A DNA stretch of 64,000 bases from Candidatus Latescibacterota bacterium (GCA_965248265.1 CBDFJF010000001.1:2272001-2336000), one strand, 5' to 3'; numbered from the stretch's first letter, positions 8,987-18,907 are shown. Translations and numbers: made by a program. Notes: generated from the sequence alone by a model not told the origin.

Positions 8987-11722
8987 ATGGCGATAAGTAC
9001 TGACAGAGACTCACTGATCCAACTGGCGATTGGCCCCCTCGTCGCGCTGGTGATATTCACCCTGAGCTTCACCAAGGCGCTGGAGCGGGCAGAGCTGCTC
9101 AGCTACGACTGGCGCTTGAACGTGCGCAACAACCTGTTCGGGCCGCCCGTCATGGATCCCCGGTTGGGCACCATCGACATCGATGACAAGAGTATCGAAT
9201 CGGAAGGGCGTTACCAGGACTGGACCCGGGACAAGTACAAGGACGTCGTCTCAATCCTCAGCCGCTTCGGGGCGTCGGCACTTGCCTTCGATGTTTATTT
9301 CACCGAGCCCTCGGCTCGGGTGATCTCTGAGAGCCAAGTTGCGGCCTGGTCCTCCATCGACAGCACCTCGTTGAGCAACCTGTTCCGCCAGGAGGACCAC
9401 GATCGCAGCTTCCAACGCTCGATCACGCGAGCCCAGAATGTCTACCTGGCCCAGTTCACGGTGATGGGAGACGATGACGTGCTGCCGCGTACGCCAGACA
9501 AGGAGGCCGCCCTTTCCTGGCTGAGAGACAACGCTCCGCGTATCGCTGATCCCGAGAGCAGTACTCTGTCCCGTATTATCGATTTCACCCCACCCTTCCA
9601 CACCCTGCGCGATGCGGCCCGGGGCTTCGCCTTTGCTCAATCCATCGCCGATGTCGACGGCGCGCGTCGCCGCTACCCACTCGTTTATCAGTACGAGGAT
9701 GTCCCCTTCCCCTCATTGGCGCTGGTGGTGGTGTGCGACTACCTCGGCGTGCCGATGACGAACGTCGTCATCACCCCGGGGTTGAGCGTTCACATTCCCA
9801 ACGCCTCCATCTCTGATGGTGTGCGGCGTGACATCGATATCCCCATCGACGACAGCGGCACGATGATCGTCAACTGGACGGGGTTGTGGGACGAAACCTT
9901 TGTCCATTTCCCGCACATCGGCCTCCGTTGGGCTGCCAAGCAGCTTCTCCTCGACCGCATCAAGGAACTGTTCGGGAGCGGCACGAGGAACCCGGGAAAG
10001 ATAAAAAGTCAGCTGAGGTCCGAAGGACACGAAGACCCCGAGGAGAATGGCAACGCGCTCAGCAGCTTCGGCCGCTCCTACGGAATCGAACGGGCGATAC
10101 AGGGTGGCGCCAGCGACGCAGTGGAATTCTGGCGCTCAAGAGGACTCCAGAACCCGGGTGAGGCCCAGATTGGCATGTTCGAGCAGATCGCCGTCAACAA
10201 CAGAGTCGCTCAGTTGCTGGAGACCGATGCGAAAATGACGTCCCAGAATTTGAGGAGCGCCATCGCCGCGGACTCTGCGCAAATCGCCGAAAGCGAGGCC
10301 TACGTGCGTGGACTCCTCGTCGATGACCGCGTCCCCGCTTCCTCCAGACCGCTCTACTACTACCCGTTCAGCGTCTTCGAGGGTAGCGTTCTCACGATGG
10401 CCGACATCGAGGGCAAGATTCTCTTTTACGGGCTGACCGCGACCGGTACCGAGGATCTCAATGTGACACCGTTCCAGGGGGATTACCCGATGGTGGGAAT
10501 CTACCCCAACGTCATGAACACGATCCTGCTTAGTCAGTTTATCCAGCGCATACCGCCGTGGATCGACGCCTTGCTGACCTTCGCCTTCGGCGTGTTGCTG
10601 TCGCTGGTGATTCCACGGCTACGGGTGCTCCTGGGGGCCAGCTTCGTCCTCGTCGTCGTCCTGCTCTATGCGACCATCGCCTTCCTCGCCCTGTCGCATG
10701 CCGGCTGGTGGCTGGATGCCGTTGGACCGCTGGGGACCCTCGTCGTCGGCTACCTGGCAATCACCATATACGGCTACGTGATCAAAGAGCGGGAGAAGGA
10801 GTTTGTCCAGGGCGCGTTCGGACACTACCTGTCCCCGGCCGTCGTTGATGAGATCATGAACAACCCCGACATGATCAATCAGCTTGGTGGAGAGGAACGC
10901 GTGATGACCTCGTTTTTCTCCGATGTCGCCAGTTTTTCGACGATCTCGGAGTGTCTCACCCCCAGCGAGTTGGTAGCCTTCATCAACGACTACCTCAGCG
11001 AAATGTGCGTCATCATCGAGCACTACGGCGGCACCATCGACAAGTTCGAAGGAGACGCCATCCTGGCCTTCTTCGGTGCCCCTGCCGTCCTCGAGGATCA
11101 CGCCATGAGGGGAACTCTGTCGTGCATCGATCAACAGCGCAAGCTCCTCGAGCTGCGAGAACAATGGGCCACCGATCGCTCGTTGCCACCGGCGCTTTAC
11201 ACGCTGTGGGATAACTGGACCGCCCAGGGCCGCATCTTCGCCCACGTACGCATGGGCATGACAGCCGGTCCGATGGTCGTCGGCAACATGGGCTCGCGCA
11301 CCCGCACCGACTACACCATGATGGGGGACACCGTCAACCTGGCGGCCAGGTTCGAGAGCGGCCAGAAGATCTACGGCACCGGCATCATGGTTAACGGCGC
11401 CGTCTATGAGGCCGTCGAGGACGCGGTCGAGGCCCGCAAGCTGGATCTGATTCAGGTCATGGGCAAGGAAGAGCCGGTGACCGCCTACGAGATTCTGGAG
11501 CGCAAGGGTGAGTTGGATTCCACCAAGTCCGAAGTGCTCGAACTCTATAATCAGGGACTCGCCACCTACGAGCGCTTCGAATTCACTGAGGCCAAGAAAC
11601 TGTTCGACCGCGCTCTGCAGATCGACCCCACCGACGGCCCCTGTGCCCTGTACGCCGATCGCTGTGAAGACTTCGCGATCAATCGCCCCGACGATCTGAT
11701 TTTCCGCGCCGAAAGCAAGTAA
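8987..11722 (+). CDS. CHASE2-domain class III adenylate cyclase
   Basis: N-terminal TM; CHASE2 motifs (LSYDW, IDIDDKS, DVDGARR); three TMs; catalytic FSDVASFS, DKFEGDA and YTMMGDTVNLAARFE (K/T specificity residues indicate ATP). Confidence 0.92.
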   Translation: MAISTDRDSLIQLAIGPLVALVIFTLSFTKALERAELLSYDWRLNVRNNLFGPPVMDPRLGTIDIDDKSIESEGRYQDWTRDKYKDVVSILSRFGASALAFDVYFTEPSARVISESQVAAWSSIDSTSLSNLFRQEDHDRSFQRSITRAQNVYLAQFTVMGDDDVLPRTPDKEAALSWLRDNAPRIADPESSTLSRIIDFTPPFHTLRDAARGFAFAQSIADVDGARRRYPLVYQYEDVPFPSLALVVVCDYLGVPMTNVVITPGLSVHIPNASISDGVRRDIDIPIDDSGTMIVNWTGLWDETFVHFPHIGLRWAAKQLLLDRIKELFGSGTRNPGKIKSQLRSEGHEDPEENGNALSSFGRSYGIERAIQGGASDAVEFWRSRGLQNPGEAQIGMFEQIAVNNRVAQLLETDAKMTSQNLRSAIAADSAQIAESEAYVRGLLVDDRVPASSRPLYYYPFSVFEGSVLTMADIEGKILFYGLTATGTEDLNVTPFQGDYPMVGIYPNVMNTILLSQFIQRIPPWIDALLTFAFGVLLSLVIPRLRVLLGASFVLVVVLLYATIAFLALSHAGWWLDAVGPLGTLVVGYLAITIYGYVIKEREKEFVQGAFGHYLSPAVVDEIMNNPDMINQLGGEERVMTSFFSDVASFSTISECLTPSELVAFINDYLSEMCVIIEHYGGTIDKFEGDAILAFFGAPAVLEDHAMRGTLSCIDQQRKLLELREQWATDRSLPPALYTLWDNWTAQGRIFAHVRMGMTAGPMVVGNMGSRTRTDYTMMGDTVNLAARFESGQKIYGTGIMVNGAVYEAVEDAVEARKLDLIQVMGKEEPVTAYEILERKGELDSTKSEVLELYNQGLATYERFEFTEAKKLFDRALQIDPTDGPCALYADRCEDFAINRPDDLIFRAESK

Positions 11723-11868
11723 AACCACCCTCCTGGCAGGCAGATTCCGCTCGGTGATCATGGCCGAGTCACCTGTCGGTAATATCCGTTTGTCTTTACA
11801 TTTTGACGCGTATCTGACGCTGGCTTGATTGCCTTGGTACCTTCCAGGAAAGTGAACCTGACGACTTC

Positions 11869-12564
11869 GTGAACGGGTCTTTGAAGTGGTTCTTCGCCGG
11901 CCTCGCCCTGGTCTTCGTCGCCTGCGCGGGTCGCAGCCAGGATGCGGTATCTGCGGCGGATGAGGAAACCGAGCTGCGCAGCGAAGTCGAGGACTTGAAG
12001 CGCGCGGTCAACGCTTCCTACGATCGCGAACGAGCCCTGGCGGAACGCCTCCAGAGCACGGAAGAGAGCAACGCTCAATTGCGCCGCGAGTTCGAAAAAC
12101 AGCTCGGCGAGTTGGGATCGCTGAAGGGTAGACTGGATACCCTTTCTGCATCGTCACCGACACCCATGGCCAGGAGATCATCCGCTGTCGGTGTACCACG
12201 ACGATACGAAGCGGCCCGAGCCCTCTACAACGATCGTCTGTACGACAGGGCGGTAAAGGAGTTCGCGACGATCCTGAGCGGTTCACCCGGCAGTGACCTG
12301 GCTGACAATGCCCAGTACTGGATCGGCGAGTGTTATTATGGCATGGGCAGATTTCGTCAGGCACTGACCGAATTCACCAAAGTCTTCGCCTACCGCAACA
12401 CGGAAAAAGACGACGACGCACAACTGAAGATCGCGCGATGTTACCTCTCCCTGGGCGAAAAAGACCGGGCTCTAATGGCATTGCGAAAACTGATCGACGA
12501 GTACCCGGAAAGTGAGTATGTCGCCAACGCCCGCAGAGAAATCCGCTATCTCCAGGGTCCCTGA
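11869..12564 (+). CDS. cpoB: Tol-Pal associated CpoB/YbgF-like TPR lipoprotein
   Basis: Lipobox FVAC; coiled coil; 'ADNAQYWIGECYY', 'DAQLKIARCY', 'LIDEYPES'. Confidence 0.75.
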   Translation: MNGSLKWFFAGLALVFVACAGRSQDAVSAADEETELRSEVEDLKRAVNASYDRERALAERLQSTEESNAQLRREFEKQLGELGSLKGRLDTLSASSPTPMARRSSAVGVPRRYEAARALYNDRLYDRAVKEFATILSGSPGSDLADNAQYWIGECYYGMGRFRQALTEFTKVFAYRNTEKDDDAQLKIARCYLSLGEKDRALMALRKLIDEYPESEYVANARREIRYLQGP

Positions 12565-12622
12565 GCCTGACGATCCAGTTCGGGAACCGCAGGCGGAGTC
12601 GAGCGTGTTTCCGATACCTGAT

Positions 12623-13252
12623 ATGCAACCCCATCTTCTCATCATCGTTGGCCTGTCAGTTTGTGCCTTGTTGTGCGGCCCTGCACGCGCGGCCACGTTC
12701 ACGGTCACGACCGACGTGGACCTGGTCATACAGGCGGCGTCAGCGGCGGTAGAGAGCGGAGTGGCCAACCTCGACGCCAGCCGCGATAGTGTAACCTGGA
12801 AGTCCCCTCTGCTGGTCGTGGCTCAGGAGAAGCACGAGGCTAACTGGATTATCGAGCACCTATTGATTGAACAGATGTTGTCGCGAGGCACGACCGTTGT
12901 ACTGGATTCCACTGCTATCAGCATGTCCGAGTCCAGGTTGTCCTACCGGATCGTCGACCTCAACATCCGAGGCTCGTCCGGGCTGATGGGAAGCTCCGTT
13001 TCCCGCGAATGCCGTATCACCACGGCCCTGCGCTTGAGCAACGAGTCCGATGGCGCCGTGCTCTGGCAGGATGAGTCCAGCGGCCACCAGGACGACCGCG
13101 TACCCAAGACGCACCTCGACGCTCTCAACAATGACGACTACGGATTTGCCGATACCCGAGTCGAAAAACGCAGCTGGGGAAAAGTCGCCGAACCCGCTAT
13201 CGTTTCGGGAGTACTGGGCAGCCTGGTCTATTTCTTTTTTTCCAACCGATGA
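12623..13252 (+). CDS. Hypothetical exported protein with C-terminal membrane anchor
   Basis: Signal peptide; C-terminal 'EPAIVSGVLGSLVYFFFSNR'; stop overlaps the bamD start. Confidence 0.65.
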   Translation: MQPHLLIIVGLSVCALLCGPARAATFTVTTDVDLVIQAASAAVESGVANLDASRDSVTWKSPLLVVAQEKHEANWIIEHLLIEQMLSRGTTVVLDSTAISMSESRLSYRIVDLNIRGSSGLMGSSVSRECRITTALRLSNESDGAVLWQDESSGHQDDRVPKTHLDALNNDDYGFADTRVEKRSWGKVAEPAIVSGVLGSLVYFFFSNR

Positions 13253-14019
13253 CCACGTCTCTCACCAACACAACACCGGTTTTTGCTCTGTTACTGGCCG
13301 CCTTGCTGGTGGCCTGCGGTGGGGACAAGGTGGCCCCCCTCCGAGGGGTCGAATATTTCTACGGTGAGGGTCAGAAGGCGTTCGAGCGCAAACGCTATCT
13401 GGACGCGATTGAGCACTTCCGCCGCGTCGTCAGCAATTTCCCGGGATCCTCGAGAGTCGCTGACGCGCAGTACTACCTGGCAGAGTCCCATTTCCGGCTC
13501 AAGGACTACGTCAACGCTTCCTTCGAGTACCAGCGTCTCGTGGACGCCTATCCGAGCAGCGAGTGGGCGGCCAAAGCCAAGTTTCAGGTCGGGGAGTCCT
13601 ACTTCCTTCAACGACGGCGATCAGAGCTGGACCAGAAGGAAACACTCGAGGCGATCATCCATTTCAGGAACTTCATCGAAGATTTTCCAGATAGCCCGCT
13701 GACTGAGACCGCCCGCGAACGCATCGTCGAGAGCCGCTCGCGCCTGGCCAAAAAGGAATACGACGCCGCCCGCCTGTATGAGAACCAAGACTACTACGAA
13801 GCGGCGAGGATCACCTACGAAGCCACCATGAGGAGTTATCCCGACACCCGTTGGTACTACGAGTCAAAAGCGCGCCTGGGAATAATCTCAAAAGAAGAGG
13901 GCGACCTGGTGACGACTCGTATGCACTGGAACGAGGTGGTCGAAGAGTCAGCCGATGAGAAGCTGAAGGAGCAGGTCCGCGAATGGCTGCGAGAGCTGGA
14001 TCCTCCGGTCCCGGAATAA
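13249..14019 (+). CDS. bamD: Outer membrane protein assembly factor BamD
   Basis: Lipobox LVAC; TPRs; 'ELDQKET..AI..F..FI..FP.S', 'RLAKKEY..ARLY', 'YPDT'. Confidence 0.88.
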   Translation: MTTSLTNTTPVFALLLAALLVACGGDKVAPLRGVEYFYGEGQKAFERKRYLDAIEHFRRVVSNFPGSSRVADAQYYLAESHFRLKDYVNASFEYQRLVDAYPSSEWAAKAKFQVGESYFLQRRRSELDQKETLEAIIHFRNFIEDFPDSPLTETARERIVESRSRLAKKEYDAARLYENQDYYEAARITYEATMRSYPDTRWYYESKARLGIISKEEGDLVTTRMHWNEVVEESADEKLKEQVREWLRELDPPVPE

Positions 14020-14029
14020 TCAGTCGCGT

Positions 14030-14623
14030 GTGAACGACCGACTCGGAATCGTCGGCGGTACCTTCGATCCCATCCACCATGGGCATCTGCTCCTCGCCCG
14101 TTTTGTGAGCGAGAAGATGGACCTCGATAAGGTTCTCTTCATCCCTGCTGCAACACCTCCGCACAAGGATCACCGCGATGACATCGCCCCCAGCGCCTGC
14201 CGCTGGGCCATGGTCGAACTCGCCCTCGAAGGCATCGATGATTTCGAGGCCTCACGCAGCGAACTGGATCGCCCTGGACGTTCCTACACCATTGACACCT
14301 TGCGCCAGTTGCGCGACGACCACCCCGATGACGAATTCTTCCTCATCGTCGGCACCGATAACACCCATGATCTGTCGAACTGGCACGACCCCGAAAGCAT
14401 ACTGGGGTTATGTACAGTTGTGGCCGGTTCACGGACCCTCGACTCGGGCGACCCCGGGCTCGACGTTATCGGCGCACAAGTCCACGTCGTCGACACCCCC
14501 GTCATCGATATCTCGTCTACGCAGATTCGCCAGCGGATCCGGGCAGGACTGCCCGTACACTCGATGATGCCGGACAAGGTGGCCGCCTACATCCGAGAAC
14601 GGAGGTTGTACTCAGACACATGA
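14030..14623 (+). CDS. nadD: Nicotinate-nucleotide adenylyltransferase
   Basis: GGTFDPIHHGH, PPHK, SYTIDTL and ISSTQIR motifs. Confidence 0.96.
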   Translation: MNDRLGIVGGTFDPIHHGHLLLARFVSEKMDLDKVLFIPAATPPHKDHRDDIAPSACRWAMVELALEGIDDFEASRSELDRPGRSYTIDTLRQLRDDHPDDEFFLIVGTDNTHDLSNWHDPESILGLCTVVAGSRTLDSGDPGLDVIGAQVHVVDTPVIDISSTQIRQRIRAGLPVHSMMPDKVAAYIRERRLYSDT

Positions 14624-15810
14624 GCTTTCTCACCCATCTCGAATGCTCCCGTACCGGCGCTCACTACGACGCCGACCAACTCCACAATCTTTCAGATGAG
14701 GGCGCACCCCTGCTTGCTCGCTACGACCTGGATGCCGTGGGCGCCACCGTTAAACCCGGTGACTTTGCCGGGCGCCGTCCGGACATGTGGCGCTACCGCG
14801 AGGTGTTGCCGTTGCGATCTCTTGATGAAGAGGGTGAGAGCGAGATCATTTCGTTGGGAGAGGGCTTCACGCCTTTGCGCTCTACTCCAAGCCTTGGAGC
14901 GGTGCTGGGCCTGCGGCGATTGTTCATAAAGGATGAATCCGTGAACCCGACCGGCTCCTTCAAGGCCCGTGGCCTGTCCGCGGCCGTGACCGGGGCCGTC
15001 GCCCGAGGCGCGCGCAAACTCGCCATCCCCACGGCCGGCAATGCCGGTGGAGCATTAGCCGCCTACGCTGCCGCCGCCGGCCTCGAGGCTTTCGTCTTCA
15101 TGCCGGCAGACACACCGATCGCTTTCCAGATCGAATGCCGATCGTGCGGCGCCCATCTGGAGCTCATCGATGGATTGATCAACGACTGCGGTGCCATTGT
15201 CGGTCAGCGCAAGGAGGCCGAGGGCTGGTTTGATGTGTCGACGCTGAAGGAGCCCTATCGCGTCGAAGGCAAGAAGACCATGGGCTATGAACTGTTCGAG
15301 CAGTTCAACGGAGTGCTTCCCGACGTCATCCTCTATCCGACTGGCGGTGGCACGGGATTGATCGGTATGTGGAAGGCCTTCGACGAGATGGAACAGATGG
15401 GCTGGATCGACAGCCGGCGGCCACGCATGGTCTCCGTGCAATCCGCTGGATGCGCCCCGATCGCTCGCGCTCTGGAGGAAGGCACCGAATCGGCACGTCC
15501 GTGGGAAAACGCTCAGACCAGGGCCTCCGGGCTGCGAGTGCCGGTAGCCGTAGCCGACTTTCTCATGCTGCGGGCGATCCGAGAAACCGGAGGCTGCGCC
15601 GTCATGGTCAGCGACGAGGAGTTGGTCGAGGCCACCCATGAGATCGCCCGTCATACCGGCATTTTCGCCGCCCCCGAGGGAGGCGCGACCTTCGCTGCCC
15701 TGCGCAAACTGCTCGAACGCAACGAAATCGAAGCGGACGAGCGCATCGTCCTTTTCAATACCGGCAGCGGCTATAAGTACCTGGAGTTGTTGGCTGACCC
15801 GCCGGCTTGA
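14620..15810 (+). CDS. thrC: Threonine synthase (fold-type II PLP enzyme)
   Basis: SLGEGFTPL, NPTGSFKARG and PTGGGTG motifs; ATG overlaps the nadD stop. Confidence 0.85.
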   Translation: MSFLTHLECSRTGAHYDADQLHNLSDEGAPLLARYDLDAVGATVKPGDFAGRRPDMWRYREVLPLRSLDEEGESEIISLGEGFTPLRSTPSLGAVLGLRRLFIKDESVNPTGSFKARGLSAAVTGAVARGARKLAIPTAGNAGGALAAYAAAAGLEAFVFMPADTPIAFQIECRSCGAHLELIDGLINDCGAIVGQRKEAEGWFDVSTLKEPYRVEGKKTMGYELFEQFNGVLPDVILYPTGGGTGLIGMWKAFDEMEQMGWIDSRRPRMVSVQSAGCAPIARALEEGTESARPWENAQTRASGLRVPVAVADFLMLRAIRETGGCAVMVSDEELVEATHEIARHTGIFAAPEGGATFAALRKLLERNEIEADERIVLFNTGSGYKYLELLADPPA

Positions 15811-15823
15811 CCGGTGTGGTGGG

Positions 15824-15851
15824 TTGACGAACCGGCGGACCGGCTTAGCTT
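15824..15851 (+). promoter_or_regulatory. Candidate sigma70 promoter of the tRNA gene
   Basis: TTGACG-16 nt-TAGCTT, ending 21 nt upstream of the tRNA. Confidence 0.45.
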
Positions 15852-15872
15852 TTGATTTCGTTGAAATTTATC

Positions 15873-15949
15873 GCACCCATAGCTCAATTGGATAGAGCAC
15901 CTGACTACGGATCAGGAGGTTTGGGGTTCGAATCCCTATGGGTGCACCA
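15873..15949 (+). tRNA. tRNA-Arg(ACG)
   Basis: Cloverleaf with GCACCCA/TGGGTGC acceptor stem, CCTGA-CT-ACG-GA-TCAGG anticodon arm, GGTTCGAATCC T-arm and encoded CCA. Confidence 0.97.
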
Positions 15950-16039
15950 TTTATAAGCAGTAAGAAAACAGGCACTTACGCCGTCTTTTCTGACGAGATG
16001 CAAGTGCCTTTGACCTGCCCCCGTCGTTTGGGCCAAGTG

Positions 16040-16910
16040 TCATGAGAGTAATGTTGTTTTTCGGGTAGCTCCAACAGGCGGCTGCCCCGGTGTGTGGTGC
16101 TGTTGTGCAAACTGCTCTGGTGTGAGATCGTTGAGTCCACTGTGTGGTCGAATGGTATTGTAGTTCTGTCGCCAGTCTTCGAGGGTACGACGAGCATCGG
16201 CCATGCATGAAAACCAGTGTTCGTTGAGGCACTCGTCTCGGATCTTGCCGTTGAAGCTCTCTACGTACGGGTTTTGGGTGGGTTTTCCCGGAGCAATGAA
16301 GTTGAGACGGACGCCATGCCGGTACGCCCACTCGTCCAGCGCTTTGCCACTGAATTCAGGCCCGTTATCGACCAGCAGCGAGATAGGCAGACCATGAGAA
16401 GTGACAAGCTCATCGAGGACTCGGCACACTCGCAAGCCAGGCAGAGACGTGTCTACCTCACTGGCCAGACAACGGCGGCTGAAGTCATCGAGGACGTTGA
16501 GGACGCGAATGCGTCTGCCATCCGCCAACTGGTCGGACATGAAATCCATAGACCATCGCTGGTTGAGGGCGGTTGCTGGCATCGGCTGACGGCCACGTTC
16601 TTTCGACCTGCGCCGTTTTCTCCGATGAGGAATCTGTAAGTGCTCCTGACGATAAACCCGGTAGATGCGCTTGTGATTGTCCGTCCATCCTTCGCGCCGC
16701 AGCAACAACAACAGACGTCGGTACCCCCAGCGTCGCCGGCGCTTGGCCTGGGTCCGCAGAGCCGCTGCCAGTGGCGCATCCGGGCGGTCCTGCGGTCGAT
16801 AGTGATACGTGCTGCGATGGAGTCCAAGAAGCCCACAGACGCGACGGCAGCTGACCTGAAACATCCCCTGGAGGTGATTCACGGCTCGTCTTTGCGCTGC
16901 GGGCGTTACC
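16040..16910 (-). CDS. IS3 transposase OrfB (rve DDE), probably joined to OrfA by a -1 frameshift
   Basis: WSMDF, DNGPEF and [12 protein letters not shown] motifs. The -1 frame at the orfA end reads [12 protein letters not shown] (AAGAAAC site). Confidence 0.9.
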
Positions 16911-17172
16911 AGTTTCTTGAGTTGACTTCCTTGAGCATCTGGATATCTAGTGCCTGGTCGGCGACGATTCGCTTCAGTCGTCGATTCTCATCCTCCGCCT
17001 GTTTGAGGCGCTTAGCATCGCTAACATCCATGCCGCCGAATTTGGCCTTCCAGCGGTAGAATGTGCCTTCGGCAATGCCGTGCTTACGACTCAGATTAGC
17101 GACCGTGACGCCCGCTTCGGCTTCCTTCAGGATGGCGATAATCTGCTCTTCCGTGAACCGCTTGCGCTTCAT
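16906..17172 (-). CDS. IS3 transposase OrfA
   Basis: [19 protein letters not shown]...[14 protein letters not shown] region. Confidence 0.92.
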   Translation of the reverse strand: MKRKRFTEEQIIAILKEAEAGVTVANLSRKHGIAEGTFYRWKAKFGGMDVSDAKRLKQAEDENRRLKRIVADQALDIQMLKEVNSRNW

Positions 17173-17452
17173 GAGATGTCCTCCTGGCCTCAACGGTAGG
17201 CCGGTGAACTCTCATTGACAATGGGCCAATTTCAGGGGGCAAGGTCATCAACGCCCACCCCAACACGCCATCGTCCGAACACGGCTCGATGTGCTGCTGT
17301 GGCCTGCCCAACAACTGCGACCAGCTACCGTCATCGTGGTAGAGCCACAGTTCGATGGGTGGTCCGGAGATTACGGTGAGTTTGGGGACGCAGCCAGCCA
17401 TGGGACGAGTGTAGTCGGTGGGGGTGGAGCGTCAAGAGGTGGTGCGAGAGTG

Positions 17453-18345
17453 TTATCTGCAGCAGACACCCTTCAAGGACCCCCATGTCACTGCTGATAC
17501 CGTTGTAGTCGGATCTTCTGGAGTGACGGTAAAAGCATGATATATTGTTGTCCAATCTCGGTAGCTAAATCCCGTCCTTACAGGCACATCAAGGAATCCA
17601 AATACCGAATATTCTCCAGGCTTCTCGATGCCATATATCTGAGCTAAGTCTGTCTCAATGGTCATGCTCTCATTTGCCAATACTGTAGTCGCATACTCTT
17701 GTGGAGGTGCCTCGTCGCCACAATACAGGCATCCTCGAGGACCGTTAAAAAATAGGTCGAAACGAAGCTGGTCTGACGGCTGTCGCCATGTATCTCGTTC
17801 AAATACGGACACCGGTACATCCATGTGGTTGGAGACAGTGAGCTGGACACGTATCGGTTTCCCTGCAACAAACTGTGAGCTGCCTTCGATCGAAACTGAA
17901 ACAGGTGCCCTTTCGTGCTCGATGGCATCGTTTACGTAGTCTAAAAAGAGGAGCCCTTCTTCCGACGGCTCTGAATCGAGATTGATAAGCCACGGTGACA
18001 CCACTGGGCATGGTAGTTCCCAACTGGGCTCTCCTCAGGTAGCATCAACAGATACCTCTGGCCGACTTTATAACTGGAGGGAAGGGGGGAATAGCAACTA
18101 CCGGCATCTTCTTTGCTATAAGTGAAAAGCGAGAGTATTTCCGTAGAAAGTTGGCCCTTAAGGAACGCTTCAACGTGAAATTCGGCAGACAGAGTTTCAA
18201 CTTGAGTTGGTGTGCCGATGACAACGTTTCGATGGTTGTTAACCGTTCTGGCTATGCTTTGAGGTAGGTAGGAGCAGGCGTTGAGTTCCGTTCTGAGGAT
18301 CACAACACCTAAGACGCCTATCGCTATGATCATCGATCTACTCAT
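17453..18345 (-). pseudogene. Frameshifted secreted protein (TIMP/NTR-like N-terminus, C-terminal TWGSLK motif)
   Basis: Overlapping ORFs 17941-18345 (signal peptide, ACSY...) and 17453-18004 join into one frame if one base is added near 17998 (WC/SPWL). Confidence 0.65.
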
Positions 18346-18400
18346 CGCACACCGCCCTTAATATTTGCTCTCGACAAAACGTCTGTGGGTTAGTGACCCC

Positions 18401-18907
18401 TCAGTAAAACAGCGCCTTTATCTGACCCCAGAGGGTAGGCTTGACGATGGTGGTGATCAATAGTTCGTCCAGTGTTTTTATGTCTGCAGCTGCTTGACTC
18501 ATGCCCTTGTTTCCGAAACATGAACCCGTAGAGATATCGGCGAGCTCTTGCCAAGGATCGGAAGAAGTGAAACGTCCGAATACCAAGTAGTCTCCATCTG
18601 TCCTGAAGCGATACCCGCACATTCCATCTTCTTCATGTGTAACGAGAGTAACCTCGTCTCCTCCAACTCCTTTCCATGACTGATCGACTTTGAACTTTAC
18701 GACAACGAACGGTAACTCAAATTTATCGCCGTCACCCATATCTATCTCTCGGGGGTGGCTTTCTTTCTCAATCACCTTTCCCGTAAACGCTACGTCGGCC
18801 TGATCCAAGTACTCCAGCACAGGCTGTGCTATACACGAGCAGGCTGAAGCAGCTTGGGGCGCACCGATGCAAAAAGTGACCACGAGGACGAAAACAAGAT
18901 TACGCAT
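18401..18907 (-). CDS. Secreted bacterial TIMP/NTR-fold protein with C-terminal LWGQIK motif
   Basis: Signal peptide, then CSC...ADVAFTGKV...WKG...CGYRF...YLVF. Confidence 0.75.
   Translation of the reverse strand: MRNLVFVLVVTFCIGAPQAASACSCIAQPVLEYLDQADVAFTGKVIEKESHPREIDMGDGDKFELPFVVVKFKVDQSWKGVGGDEVTLVTHEEDGMCGYRFRTDGDYLVFGRFTSSDPWQELADISTGSCFGNKGMSQAAADIKTLDELLITTIVKPTLWGQIKALFY

Larger units (their letters stand above)
16011..17247 (-). mobile_element. IS3-family element (IS407-like), 1237 bp
   Basis: Imperfect ~39-bp terminal inverted repeats TGACCTGCCCCC... and ...GGGGGCAAGGTCA; orfA/orfB arrangement; no target duplication seen. Confidence 0.92.

Noticed and set aside
14410-14619. N-terminal extensions in the ORF track (thrC, TonB receptor from 26664, porin from 35104, rnd from 38237)
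   Set aside because: They overlap upstream genes and lack family similarity; downstream starts fit RBS or coupling better.
15970-16009. Hairpin AGGCACTT...AAGTGCCT after attL as an ncRNA
   Set aside because: Better explained as a terminator-like or att-arm structure of the island; too short to call an RNA gene.
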